This document shows, piece by piece, positions 18,205-28,838 of a stretch of DNA of 64,000 bases. Made by a program: the position numbers and the translations under genes. Position 1 is the stretch's first letter, and every line of letters begins with the position of its first letter. The DNA is taken from positions 19,439 through 83,438 of the forward strand of contig CACHCM010000001.1 in NCBI GenBank assembly GCA_902578325.1. The letters are read 5' to 3'. This DNA is from an uncultured Pelagibacteraceae bacterium. GTDB lineage: Bacteria; Pseudomonadota; Alphaproteobacteria; Pelagibacterales; Pelagibacteraceae. Below the pieces are notes generated by a model. That model saw only the letters and a program-made list of their open reading frames with translations. It had not been told where the DNA came from and ran no database searches.

Positions 18205-19035
18205 TTACACATTTTTTAGCACTTCTTTACTAACGTACCATGCATCAAAAGCAGTCAATTTTCGAAATATTCTTTCGAAATTGTTTTTTTCAAGAAGCTC
18301 GTCTATTTGTTTTTCTAAGTTAGAATAGTTGTGCTCAATTGTAAATAATTTGGGTTTTAAATTATCAAAATCAAAGCTTTTTAAAATATCATATTCCGAC
18401 CCCTCAGTATCTATCGAAATATATGATGGTGATGAATTATTAAATTCAGTATTAATCAAATCATTTAAGGAAATAGTATTTACTTTAATTTTATTTATAT
18501 TTTTATTTCTACTTTTGCTGTTAGCAGGCATAGAAACTTGATCACTATATTTATAACTTTCTATTGTGGAAAGTTCCCCTTCAGATGAAGAAATAAAATC
18601 TAACGTTTCATTAGATTTTATCCAAACACAATCGTGTATAATTTTGGTATTTGGCCTGTTTAATTTAAGATTATTGTGCCATTGTGTATCGGGCTCTGCC
18701 AAAACACCTGACCAATTTGAAAATTTTTCAAGACTATAAGTATTTGATAAATTAAGACCATCTGTTGCACCAAATTCTAAAAAGTTTTTTTCAAAACTAT
18801 TTCCAACAATAAACTCAGCAAACATGTCTTGATATAACTGAGAAGTAATTTGATCGTTTCTTTTATCTTTTAAGAATTTAATAAAGCTATTTAATAATTC
18901 TTTATTTTCATCTTTTAAAACATTTTGATCTACAGCTTGAGACATTAATAATGAGTCTGGATAATTTTGATTTTTGGCAAATTTTCTACATAGCCAAAAA
19001 TTTGTTTCTCTATTTTGAAAGTCTAATTTTTGCAT
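18205..19035 (-). CDS. FkbM family methyltransferase
   Basis: SQLYQD, EFGATDG, SNT, LAEP, SIDTEGSE, IEHN. Confidence 0.88.
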   Translation of the reverse strand: MQKLDFQNRETNFWLCRKFAKNQNYPDSLLMSQAVDQNVLKDENKELLNSFIKFLKDKRNDQITSQLYQDMFAEFIVGNSFEKNFLEFGATDGLNLSNTYSLEKFSNWSGVLAEPDTQWHNNLKLNRPNTKIIHDCVWIKSNETLDFISSSEGELSTIESYKYSDQVSMPANSKSRNKNINKIKVNTISLNDLINTEFNNSSPSYISIDTEGSEYDILKSFDFDNLKPKLFTIEHNYSNLEKQIDELLEKNNFERIFRKLTAFDAWYVSKEVLKNV

Positions 19036-19039
19036 CGAC

Positions 19040-20860
19040 TTATTCAACTGTAACTGATTTAGCTAAATTTCTTGGTTTATCAATATCGTAACCTTTTTTA
19101 AGTGCTGAATAATATGCAAGTTTTTGAAGAGGTATTGTTAGCAAAAATGGAAGCAAATCATCATTTGTATTTTCAACTTCAATTGTCTCCCAAATATTTT
19201 CGGATACAACTTCGTCTTTACTTTTATTTGTAATTAGTAATACTTTTGCGCCTCTAGCTATAACTTCCTGCATATTTGAAATTGTTTTTTTGTAATAATT
19301 ATCTCTAGGAGCCAAAACTACAACTGGCATTCCTTCCTCTATCAAAGCTAATGGTCCATGTTTCATTTCACCTGCTGGGTATCCTTCGGCATGAACATAA
19401 GATAGCTCTTTAAGTTTTAATGCACCTTCTAAAGCTATTGGATAAGAAAAGCCTCTTCCTAAAAACATTGATCCCTTTGCTTCGTTAAATGTTGAGGATA
19501 TTGCTTGAATATCGTTGTCATGAAGCAATGTTTTCTCTATCAGGCCAGGTAAAGCTTTCAGGTCTTTAATCTTTTCTTGATATTCCTTTTTTTCAATTTC
19601 GTTTCTCATTGATCCAAGTTTTAAAGCTAAAATATATAAAACAAGTATTTGACCTAGAAATGCTTTTGTTGATGCAACTCCAATTTCAGGACCACAATGA
19701 ATTGGTAAAACAAAATTAGAGTCTCTTGCTATTGAACTTTCGATTACGTTAACAACAGAGCATGTTTTCATCTTATTTTTGTTACAAAGATCTAGGGCTG
19801 CATAAGTATCTGCTGTTTCCCCAGATTGTGAAACAAAAACATATAAAGCGTCTTTTTTAAATCTATTTTTTCTATATCTAAATTCTGAAGCTATATCTAT
19901 GTTAACATCTAAATTTGTAAGTTCTTCAAACCAATATTTTGCCATTAAGCAAGAGTGATATGCTGTTCCACATCCTATTAAATTGATTGAATCAATATCT
20001 TCTATTTTCCAAGGAAAGTTAAAAATATTTATGTCTTTATTTACATTATCTATATATTCTTTAATTCCAGTTTTTATTGTTAGTGGTTGCTCTTCAATTT
20101 CTTTTGCCATGAAATGTTTAAAGTCACCTTTATCGTAATTTGCTTGATCTGAAGATAATTCTAATATTTTTTTATTAACTTTTTTCCCTTCTTCATTAAA
20201 AAAAAGAACCTGATCTTTTTTAACAATACAAAATTCACCATCATCAAGATAAGTAATTTTATTTGTCATAGATTTTAAAGCATAAGAGTCTGATCCTAGA
20301 TAGTTTTCATTTGGACCGTAACCAACAGCTAAGGGTGATCCTCTTCTAGCACCAACTATTAGGTCTGGCATATCTTTAAAAACTATTCCAAGAGCAAAAC
20401 TACCATGAAGTTGTTTTAAAGTTTTTGTAATTGCCTCTTCTAATTCTGAAGTTTTCAAATGTTCTGTAATTAAATGGACAATTACCTCAGTATCAGTCTG
20501 AGATTTAAAGTTATGACCTTTATTGATTAAATGTTTTTTTAATATTGTAGAATTTTCAATTATGCCGTTATGAACTACAGAAACATTATGTGAAGAATGA
20601 GGGTGTGCATTTAAACTATTAGGTATTCCATGTGTCGCCCATCTTACATGCCCAATACCAATATTTCCTTTTAGATTTTTTAAATCAAAATTATTTTCTA
20701 AATTATCTACTCTACCCTCTGATTTTACTTCATTAATTTTGCCATCTGAAAGTGTAGCTATTCCTGCTGAGTCATATCCCCTGTACTCTAATTTTTTTAA
20801 TGAATTAATTATATTTGCAGAAACAGGTTTGTTACTTGATATTCCAATAATTCCACACAT
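19040..20860 (-). CDS. glmS: Glutamine-fructose-6-phosphate aminotransferase
   Basis: MCGI, LEYRGYDS, GHVRWATHG, SQSGET, PRNLAKSVTVE. Confidence 0.98.
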   Translation of the reverse strand: MCGIIGISSNKPVSANIINSLKKLEYRGYDSAGIATLSDGKINEVKSEGRVDNLENNFDLKNLKGNIGIGHVRWATHGIPNSLNAHPHSSHNVSVVHNGIIENSTILKKHLINKGHNFKSQTDTEVIVHLITEHLKTSELEEAITKTLKQLHGSFALGIVFKDMPDLIVGARRGSPLAVGYGPNENYLGSDSYALKSMTNKITYLDDGEFCIVKKDQVLFFNEEGKKVNKKILELSSDQANYDKGDFKHFMAKEIEEQPLTIKTGIKEYIDNVNKDINIFNFPWKIEDIDSINLIGCGTAYHSCLMAKYWFEELTNLDVNIDIASEFRYRKNRFKKDALYVFVSQSGETADTYAALDLCNKNKMKTCSVVNVIESSIARDSNFVLPIHCGPEIGVASTKAFLGQILVLYILALKLGSMRNEIEKKEYQEKIKDLKALPGLIEKTLLHDNDIQAISSTFNEAKGSMFLGRGFSYPIALEGALKLKELSYVHAEGYPAGEMKHGPLALIEEGMPVVVLAPRDNYYKKTISNMQEVIARGAKVLLITNKSKDEVVSENIWETIEVENTNDDLLPFLLTIPLQKLAYYSALKKGYDIDKPRNLAKSVTVE

Positions 20861-20863
20861 AAA

Positions 20864-21475
20864 TTATTTTTTCTTTCTTTTGTAATTCTTAACTTCTAAT
20901 TGTGGCGATCTTGTTAGTGCTAAAGATTTTTTTTTGACGTTCTTTGTAATTACTGATCCAGCTCCAACGATACTATCTTTGTTTATAGTTATTGGAGCAA
21001 CTAAAGAAGAGTTCGAGCCTATAAATACTTTGTCTTTAATTCTTGTCTTATTTTTATTTACCCCATCATAATTACAAGTAATTGTGCCTGCACCAATGTT
21101 CACAGATTTTCCAATTTGAGCATCTCCCACATAAGATAAATGGTTAACTTTTGATTTATTTCCTAAAGTACTTTTTTTAATCTCTACAAAATTACCTATT
21201 TTAGATCCCTCTTTTAAAATTGTATTAGGTCTTATTCTGGCATATGGTCCGATTTCAACTTTATTTTCAATTTTACAAGATTCTAAATGTGAAAAAGATT
21301 TTATAATTACATTGTTCCCAATTTTGACCTTAGAGCCAATAACTACATAAGGTTCTATAGTTACGTTACTTCCAATCTTAGTATCTTTTGAAAAAAAAAT
21401 AGTTTCAGGACCTATCATCTTTACTCCTGACTTGATAAATTTTTCTCTAAGTTTTTTTTGATTTAGAACTTCCAT
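20864..21475 (-). CDS. glmU: GlmU acetyltransferase (left-handed beta-helix) domain only
   Basis: [40 protein letters not shown]; 203 aa, no N-terminal uridyltransferase domain. Confidence 0.88.
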   Translation of the reverse strand: MEVLNQKKLREKFIKSGVKMIGPETIFFSKDTKIGSNVTIEPYVVIGSKVKIGNNVIIKSFSHLESCKIENKVEIGPYARIRPNTILKEGSKIGNFVEIKKSTLGNKSKVNHLSYVGDAQIGKSVNIGAGTITCNYDGVNKNKTRIKDKVFIGSNSSLVAPITINKDSIVGAGSVITKNVKKKSLALTRSPQLEVKNYKRKKK

Positions 21476-21544
21476 TTAGAATTGATTTACATTAAGTATA
21501 TATATTGATTAATTCACAATTTATTTCTTTAAAATACTTTTAAA

Positions 21545-22228
21545 ATGAAACAAAAATTTACAATTTTATTCGATTTGGATGGAACATTAGTTGATACAGC
21601 TCCCGACTTAATGAGGGCTCATAATCATGTTATGAAGAAATTTGGCCACCCAACCAAATCAACTGAAGAAATTAGAAATCTTGTTGGTAAAGGTGCTGGA
21701 GCAATGATTGGTAGATCTATATGGGGTCAAGCAAAAAAAGAATTCAGCAAAGTAAATGATGAAAAAGAAAAAAAAGAAATGGTTACGGAGTTTGTTGATT
21801 TTTATGGAAAGAATATATTAAACAAAAGTACACTTATTAAAGGTGTAAAGGAATTTTTAGATTGGTGCAAAGATCAAAGTATATCCATGGCTGTTTGTAC
21901 AAATAAACAAGAGTATTTATCAAATGATCTTTTAAAAAAAATTGGCATCTATGATTATTTTGAGTTTGTCGCAGGATCAGATACTTTTGATTATTGTAAA
22001 CCAGATCCAAGGCATCTTACCTCTGTGGTTGAAATACTAGAAGGAGATTTAAAAAAATCGATAATGATAGGTGACAGTGAAACTGATGCAAATGCTGCAA
22101 AGGCAGCCGAAATACCTATTATTTTATTAGAGGACGGGTATACTGAAAAAAATAAAGACGAAATTTATCACAATCACTTAATAAAAGACTTTGTAGGTAT
22201 TGAAAAAATTGTATCTCAATATCTTTAA
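21545..22228 (+). CDS. gph: Phosphoglycolate phosphatase-like HAD hydrolase
   Basis: FDLDGTLVDTAPD, CTNK, KPDP, MIGDS. Confidence 0.82.
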   Translation: MKQKFTILFDLDGTLVDTAPDLMRAHNHVMKKFGHPTKSTEEIRNLVGKGAGAMIGRSIWGQAKKEFSKVNDEKEKKEMVTEFVDFYGKNILNKSTLIKGVKEFLDWCKDQSISMAVCTNKQEYLSNDLLKKIGIYDYFEFVAGSDTFDYCKPDPRHLTSVVEILEGDLKKSIMIGDSETDANAAKAAEIPIILLEDGYTEKNKDEIYHNHLIKDFVGIEKIVSQYL

Positions 22229-22281
22229 TATTGATTAATTTATTTTAACTATTAAAACAAAATCACAAATGAGGAGTTATT

Positions 22282-23784
22282 TTGTTATTACACACAGTTA
22301 AAGTATATCCATCAAAAATTAATCTTCCAAAGAAGAAACAACTTGCATGGAAAATAGCTGAGATAGCAAGTGATAATGCTAAATTGAATAAAGACGCTAT
22401 TGAAATGGTTATCAATAGAATAATTGATAACGCTTCAGTTGCTATTGCTTCGTTAAATAGAAAGCCAGTCATCTCATCTAGAGAGATGGCTTTAAAGCAT
22501 TCTAGAAAAAATGGAGCTAATATTTTTGGAGTAAATTCAAAATTAAAATTTGATTGCGAATGGGCAGCTTGGTCTAATGGAACTGCAGTTAGAGAATTAG
22601 ATTTTCATGACACTTTTTTAGCAGCTGATTATAGTCATCCTGGTGATAACATACCTCCACTTATAAGTGTTGCACAACAAAATAATAAAAGTGGATTGGA
22701 TTTACTAAGAGGTATAATTACTGCATACGAAGTTCAAGTAAATTTAGTTAAAGGAATTTGTTTACATAAACATAAAGTTGATCACATTGCTCATTTAGGA
22801 CCCAGTGTGGCTGCTGGATTAGGAACAATGTTAAAATTAAATACTGAAATTATTTATCAGGCAGTTCAACAAGCACTACATACAACAATTTCTACAAGAC
22901 AATCAAGAAAAGGAGAAATTTCAAGTTGGAAAGCTTATGCTCCAGCACATGCAGGTAAGCTTGCTATCGAAGCTGTAGATAGAGCCATGAGAGGTGAAGG
23001 AGCCCCTAGTCCGATTTATGAAGGTGAAGATAGTGTCATAGCAAGAATATTGGATGGTAAAAAAGCTAACTACAAAGTCCCATTACCAAAAAAAGGCGAG
23101 AGTAAAAAAGCGATTTTAGAGACATATACAAAAGAATATTCTGCAGAATATCAATCACAAGCATTAATAGATCTAGCTAAAAAGCTAAAAACAAAAATTT
23201 CAAATTTAAACCAAATTAAAAAAATTGATATATTCACAAGTCATCATACACATTATGTTATAGGTACAGGTGCTAATGACCCTCAAAAAATGGATCCCAA
23301 TGCCAGCAGAGAAACATTGGATCATTCAATTATGTATATTTTTGCTGTAGCCTTAGAAGACGGAGATTGGCATCATGTTAAGTCTTACACTAAAGCTAGA
23401 GCAAACAGAAAAAGTACCATTAAGATTTGGAAATCAATAAAAACATATGAAGATAAAAAATGGACAAAAAAGTATCACGACCCTAATCCAAAAAACAAAT
23501 CTTTTGGAGCTAAAGTTGTTGTGACGCTTAATAATGGAAAAAAAATAACAGAAAAGTTAAATAGAGCAGATGCACATCCATATGGTGCTAAACCATTCAA
23601 AAGGCAAAATTATATAAACAAATTTTTAACTTTAACTGAGGGTATTTTGGATAAAAAAGAAAGCAACCGTTTTTTAAAAACAGTGCAAAATTTAAGAAAT
23701 TTAAAATCTGGTCAACTTCATAAATTAAATATTGAAGTAAGAAAAAGTAAATTAAAACAAAATAACAAAAAAGGAATCTTTTAA
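22282..23784 (+). CDS. prpD: 2-methylcitrate dehydratase (MmgE/PrpD)
   Basis: [34 protein letters not shown]; GAGGAG SD before TTG. Confidence 0.93.
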   Translation: MLLHTVKVYPSKINLPKKKQLAWKIAEIASDNAKLNKDAIEMVINRIIDNASVAIASLNRKPVISSREMALKHSRKNGANIFGVNSKLKFDCEWAAWSNGTAVRELDFHDTFLAADYSHPGDNIPPLISVAQQNNKSGLDLLRGIITAYEVQVNLVKGICLHKHKVDHIAHLGPSVAAGLGTMLKLNTEIIYQAVQQALHTTISTRQSRKGEISSWKAYAPAHAGKLAIEAVDRAMRGEGAPSPIYEGEDSVIARILDGKKANYKVPLPKKGESKKAILETYTKEYSAEYQSQALIDLAKKLKTKISNLNQIKKIDIFTSHHTHYVIGTGANDPQKMDPNASRETLDHSIMYIFAVALEDGDWHHVKSYTKARANRKSTIKIWKSIKTYEDKKWTKKYHDPNPKNKSFGAKVVVTLNNGKKITEKLNRADAHPYGAKPFKRQNYINKFLTLTEGILDKKESNRFLKTVQNLRNLKSGQLHKLNIEVRKSKLKQNNKKGIF

Positions 23785-24680
23785 TGCACTTTGTAGAAAA
23801 AGAACCAAGTCAAAAAAGATTAGATTTTGATCAAAAATTAAAATCAAATAAAATATTAAGAGTTCCCGGTGCTTATAATCCACTTACAGCAAAATTAATT
23901 GAAGAAATTGGATATGATGCAGTTTATGTATCTGGTGGAGTAATGGCTAATGATCTTGGTTTTCCCGATATTGGTTTAACAACTCTACAAGATGTTAGTA
24001 CAAGATCTTATTTAATTTCTAGAGTAACAAATCTACCAACAATAGTTGATATCGACACAGGATTTAAATCTTGTAAAGAAACTATCGAAACATTTGAAGA
24101 ATTTGGAATAACAGGTGTTCATCTAGAAGATCAGATTGAGAGAAAAAGATGTGGGCATCTTGATAATAAAGAACTTATTTCAACTGATGCTATGGTTAAA
24201 AAAATTAAAGAATGTGTTGCTGCTAAAAAAGATCAAAATTTTAAAATTATAGCACGTTCAGATGCCAAAAGTGTTGAAGGAATTGATAAAATGATTGAAA
24301 GATGCAAAGCTTATATTGATGCTGGAGCAGAAATTATATTTCCTGAAGCTCTTCAAGATAAAAAAGATTTTGAAAAAGTCCGTAAAGAATTATCAGGTTA
24401 TTTGTTAGCTAACATGACTGAATTTGGTAAATCTGAACTATTTAATTATAAAGAATTGGAAAATTTTGGCTATAATATTGTTATTTATCCAGTAACAACT
24501 CAAAGATTAGCAATGAAAAATGTTGAAGATGGATTGAGAGACATTTATGCAAATGGACATCAAAACAATATAATAGATAAAATGCAAACTAGAAAAAGAC
24601 TTTATGAGTTAGTTGATTATGAAAAATATAATTCATTAGATGAGAAAATTTATAATTTTAATACAGAAGGACATGAATAA
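23784..24680 (+). CDS. prpB: 2-methylisocitrate lyase
   Basis: PDIG, VDIDTG, EDQ, KRCGH, ANMTEFGK. Confidence 0.93.
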   Translation: MHFVEKEPSQKRLDFDQKLKSNKILRVPGAYNPLTAKLIEEIGYDAVYVSGGVMANDLGFPDIGLTTLQDVSTRSYLISRVTNLPTIVDIDTGFKSCKETIETFEEFGITGVHLEDQIERKRCGHLDNKELISTDAMVKKIKECVAAKKDQNFKIIARSDAKSVEGIDKMIERCKAYIDAGAEIIFPEALQDKKDFEKVRKELSGYLLANMTEFGKSELFNYKELENFGYNIVIYPVTTQRLAMKNVEDGLRDIYANGHQNNIIDKMQTRKRLYELVDYEKYNSLDEKIYNFNTEGHE

Positions 24681-25804
24681 TGAGTGATGATATCAAGAAG
24701 GGATTACTAGGCATTGTTGTGGATGAAACAGAGGTTTCAAAAGTAATGCCTGAGATTAATTCGCTTACTTATAGGGGGTATGCTGCTCAAGATTTATGTG
24801 AATATTGTAGATTTGAGGAGGTTGCATATTTAATTTTAAATAAAGATTTACCAAATACTATTGAACTTAGAAAATTTGAGAAAGAAGAGAGAAATCATAG
24901 GGAGTTAACTAAAAATTTATACGAGATTATTAGGCATATGCCAAAAAAATCTCATCCGATGGATGTAGCTAGGACTGCTGTAAGTGTAATGGGATTGGAA
25001 GATAAAGAGACTACCGACTCTTCACCTGAAGCAAATATGAGAAAAGCCCTAAGAATTTTTGCAAAAACTCCTACCGCACTTGCTGCTTTTTACAGAATAA
25101 GGAAAGGAAAAAAAATTATAAAACCAAAAAAAAATTTAACTTTTGCTGAAAATTTTTTCTATATGTGTTTTGGAAAAGTACCTCAAAAAGAAATCGTTAA
25201 AGCTTTTGATGTATCTCTAATTCTTTATGCTGAGCATAGTTTTAATGTTTCTACATTTACTGCAAGAACAATCACTAGCAGTTTATCTGATATCCATGGA
25301 GCAATAACAGGTGCAATCGCCAGTTTAAAAGGCCCTCTTCACGGTGGAGCTAATGAAGAAGTGATGCATATGATGAATAAAATTAAAAAGCCTGAAAATG
25401 CTTTAAAATGGATAAATAACGCCTTAAAAAATAAAGAAGTGGTAATGGGATTTGGACATAGAGTTTATAAATCAGGTGATTCTAGAGTTCCAACTATGAG
25501 GAAGTATTTTGCAAAAGTTGCAAAAATTAAGAAAGATAAAAAATTCGAGAAAATTTACGATATTGTTGAAAGGGTAATGATAAAAGAAAAAAATATATAT
25601 CCTAATGTAGACTATCCTACAGGACCTACATATCATTTAATGGGATTTGAAACTGATTTTTTTACCCCAATATTTGTGATTTCAAGAATAACAGGTTGGT
25701 CTGCTCACATAATGGAACAACATGCTGCTAACAAACTAATTAGACCTTTAGCTAGTTACAAAGGTAACAAGCATCGAAAAGTGATGCAGTTAAATCAAAG
25801 ATGA
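24680..25804 (+). CDS. prpC: 2-methylcitrate synthase
   Basis: YAEHSFN, GPLHGGANE, GFGHRVY, PNVDY, KLIRP; in prp operon. Confidence 0.92.
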   Translation: MSDDIKKGLLGIVVDETEVSKVMPEINSLTYRGYAAQDLCEYCRFEEVAYLILNKDLPNTIELRKFEKEERNHRELTKNLYEIIRHMPKKSHPMDVARTAVSVMGLEDKETTDSSPEANMRKALRIFAKTPTALAAFYRIRKGKKIIKPKKNLTFAENFFYMCFGKVPQKEIVKAFDVSLILYAEHSFNVSTFTARTITSSLSDIHGAITGAIASLKGPLHGGANEEVMHMMNKIKKPENALKWINNALKNKEVVMGFGHRVYKSGDSRVPTMRKYFAKVAKIKKDKKFEKIYDIVERVMIKEKNIYPNVDYPTGPTYHLMGFETDFFTPIFVISRITGWSAHIMEQHAANKLIRPLASYKGNKHRKVMQLNQR

Positions 25805-25809
25805 TTTTT

Positions 25810-26817
25810 TTAACTGAAAGCTTCTGCCCAAGTACCCTGTGTTGATGCTTTAGAATATTCGGTCGCTCTACCTTCGAAGAAATTCATATGCTCAACTGCA
25901 TTAAGCATTGTATCAAGCCAAGTTAGTGGGTTTTTTTGAACATCATAAATTGGCTCTAATCCTAATTGAATAAGTCTTCTATTCGCAATGAACCTAATAT
26001 AACCTTTAACTTCTTGTGCAGTTAAACCTTCCATCGGACCCATTTCAAAAGCTAAGTCGATAAAAGCATCTTCATGCTCAACAATTGTTCTACAAGCTTC
26101 ATAAAGTTCTTTTTTAAGTTTAGGTGTCCAGATTTCAGGATTTTCTTTTATAAACTCCTTAAAAATTCTGATCATAGAATTACAATGAAGTGTTTCATCT
26201 CTTACAGACCAAGTAACTATCTGTCCCATTCCTTTCATTTTATTGTGTCTTGGAAAATTTAACAAAATAGCAAAACTTGCAAATAATTGTAATCCTTCTG
26301 TAAAAGCACTAAACACTGCAACCGTCTTTGCAATATCCTCTTTGGAGTTTACATTGAAACCCTGCATGTAATCGTACTTGTCTTTCATCTCTTTGTATTT
26401 CATGAAAGCTGAATATTCTGACTCAGGCATACCAATTGTATCTAAAAGATGAGAGTAAGCAGCTACATGCACTGTTTCCATTGCAGCAAACGCCGTCATC
26501 ATCATTAATACCTCTGTTGGTTTAAATACAGTTGTGTAATGTCTTAAATAACAATTGTTAACCTCTACATCAGCTTGAGTAAAAAACCTAAAAATTTGAG
26601 TGAGTAGATTTTTTTCTGGTTGTGAAAGATTTTTTTGCCAGTCTCTAACATCATCTCCAAGAGGAACTTCTTCTGGTAACCAATGAATTCTTTGCTGAGT
26701 TAACCAAGCATCATAGCACCAAGGATATCTAAAAGGTTTATAAACAGGGTTTTCAACTAGTAATCCCATTTTTTTTGGTTGAATAATTTCTTTATTTATT
26801 TTTTCTGCTACTGACAT
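25810..26817 (-). CDS. nrdB: Ribonucleotide reductase class Ia beta subunit
   Basis: FFTQAD, ETVHVAAYS, EG, RDETLH, NFFE. Confidence 0.96.
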   Translation of the reverse strand: MSVAEKINKEIIQPKKMGLLVENPVYKPFRYPWCYDAWLTQQRIHWLPEEVPLGDDVRDWQKNLSQPEKNLLTQIFRFFTQADVEVNNCYLRHYTTVFKPTEVLMMMTAFAAMETVHVAAYSHLLDTIGMPESEYSAFMKYKEMKDKYDYMQGFNVNSKEDIAKTVAVFSAFTEGLQLFASFAILLNFPRHNKMKGMGQIVTWSVRDETLHCNSMIRIFKEFIKENPEIWTPKLKKELYEACRTIVEHEDAFIDLAFEMGPMEGLTAQEVKGYIRFIANRRLIQLGLEPIYDVQKNPLTWLDTMLNAVEHMNFFEGRATEYSKASTQGTWAEAFS

Positions 26818-28748
26818 GATAGACACTCCTCGTACTCTGGCTCTTCGTTAGATTGTTGATTTTTAGATTTATAAACATTTGCTGTAATATCAGTTGATTT
26901 AGCATCGTTAATATTTTCAGCTCGTTGAATTGATTTTGATCTACAGTAATAAAGGCTCTTTAAACCTTTCTTCCAAGCATCAAAATGAATTTTATGTAAT
27001 TCTTTCTTATGGACATCTGCCGGTAAAAACAAATTTACTGACTGAGCTTGTGAAATAAATGGAGTTCTATCTCCACTTAGCTCGATTATCCAATTTTGAT
27101 TAAGTTCAAAAGCAGTTTTAAATACATCTTTTTCTAGATCTGTAAGGAAATCTAAATGGTTTACCGACCCTTGGTTTGTGGTAATTGTAGACCATGTTTC
27201 ATCGTCATTTTTACCATGTCCTTCCAATATTTCCTCTAAATATCTATTTCTAACATTAAAAGAACCAGATAAAGTTTTGTGGGTATAGCTGTTTGCAGCA
27301 ATAGGCTCAACTCCTGGAGATGCTCCTCCACAAATAATTGAGATTGAAGCAGTCGGAGCTATTGCTGTCTTATTAGAAAATCTTTCTTTATAACCATACT
27401 CTGCTGCATCTGGACACGCTCCTCTTTCTTCTGCTAAATCTTCAGATGCTTGATTTACTTTTTCATGAATATTTTTAAATATTTTTTTGTTCCATGACTT
27501 TGCCATTACTGATTCAAGTGGAATTCTATTTTTTTGTAAAAACGAATGGAAGCCCATTACGCCCAATCCAACGCTTCTTTCTCTTTCGGCTGAATATTTG
27601 GCATCTTTAAACTGCTCAGGAGCTTTGTTAATAAAGTCAGATAAAACATTATCCAAAAATCTCATAACATCATTAATCATGTCTGGATCATCTTTCCATT
27701 CGTCATATTTTTCTAAATTTAAAGATGATAAACAACAAACTGCCGTTCTGTCTCTTCCGTCTTTATCAATTCCTGTTGGTAAAGTTATTTCACTACACAA
27801 GTTAGAAGTTTTAACCGTTAGATTTGCTAACTTATGGTGCTGTGGAATTTGTCTATTAACAGTATCAATATAAATAATATATGGCTCTCCTGTTTCTATT
27901 CTTGCAGTTAATAATCTTATCCATAAATTTCTTGCTGAAATAGTTTGTTGTATAGTTCCGTCAGCAGGACTTTTTAATGCCCACTGCTCATCAGTTTCAA
28001 CTGCTCTCATAAATGCATCTGAAACTAAAACACCATGATGTAAATTTAATGCTTTTCTATTAGGGTCTCCGCCTGTAGGTCTTCTCATCTCTATAAACTC
28101 TTCGATCTCTGGATGATCAATTGGAAGATAACAAGCTGCCGAGCCTCTTCTTAATGAACCTTGGCTGATAGCCATCGTTAAAGAGTCCATAACTTTAATA
28201 AACGGAATTATTCCTGAAGTCTTTCCAACCTTTCCTATTTTCTCTCCAATAGATCTTAAGTTACCCCAGTAACTTCCTATACCACCACCCTTAGCAGCAA
28301 GCCAAACATTCTCACTCCAAAGATCTAAAATACCACCCAAGCTGTCTGAAGCTTCATTTAAAAAACATGAAATTGGTAAACCTCTTTTTGTTCCCCCATT
28401 TGATAACACTGGTGTTGCAGGCATAAACCAAAGGTTACTGATGTAGTTATAAATTCTCTGCGCATGTAAATTATCATCTGAATATGTGCTGGCTACTCTT
28501 GCAAACAAGTCTTGATAAGATTCGTTAGGACCAAGATATCTATCTTTCAGAGTTGCTTTTCCAAAATCAGTTAAGTTTGAATCTTTTGATCTATCAATTT
28601 TAATTATGATACCTTTATCGTTTTGAAAAAGTTCTGTTTCATTATTTAATGAGAAAAGATCTGGTCTGTTACCTTTTGAAACTTCTTTAACTTCTGGGCT
28701 ATATTCAGAGACAGCTTTTTTAAGGGCCTGAGAAAAAATCTTATTCAT
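26808..28748 (-). CDS. nrdA: Ribonucleotide reductase class I alpha subunit
   Basis: PISCF, SNLCSEI, AVCCLSS, APTAS, SLYY, C-terminal CLSC. Confidence 0.96.
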   Translation of the reverse strand: MNKIFSQALKKAVSEYSPEVKEVSKGNRPDLFSLNNETELFQNDKGIIIKIDRSKDSNLTDFGKATLKDRYLGPNESYQDLFARVASTYSDDNLHAQRIYNYISNLWFMPATPVLSNGGTKRGLPISCFLNEASDSLGGILDLWSENVWLAAKGGGIGSYWGNLRSIGEKIGKVGKTSGIIPFIKVMDSLTMAISQGSLRRGSAACYLPIDHPEIEEFIEMRRPTGGDPNRKALNLHHGVLVSDAFMRAVETDEQWALKSPADGTIQQTISARNLWIRLLTARIETGEPYIIYIDTVNRQIPQHHKLANLTVKTSNLCSEITLPTGIDKDGRDRTAVCCLSSLNLEKYDEWKDDPDMINDVMRFLDNVLSDFINKAPEQFKDAKYSAERERSVGLGVMGFHSFLQKNRIPLESVMAKSWNKKIFKNIHEKVNQASEDLAEERGACPDAAEYGYKERFSNKTAIAPTASISIICGGASPGVEPIAANSYTHKTLSGSFNVRNRYLEEILEGHGKNDDETWSTITTNQGSVNHLDFLTDLEKDVFKTAFELNQNWIIELSGDRTPFISQAQSVNLFLPADVHKKELHKIHFDAWKKGLKSLYYCRSKSIQRAENINDAKSTDITANVYKSKNQQSNEEPEYEECLSCQ

Positions 28749-28781
28749 AAAAGTTTAATATATTTTGTTATTAGTACGAAA

Positions 28782-28827
28782 ACAACTATATGTTGTAGGC
28801 GTCGGCTGTAAATATACTATATAAACA
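28782..28827. promoter_or_regulatory. NrdR box(es)
   Basis: ACAACTATATGTTGT at 28782-28796; degenerate TATACTATATAAACA 31 bp further at 28813-28827. Confidence 0.7.
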
Positions 28828-28838
28828 TTTAAACAACA

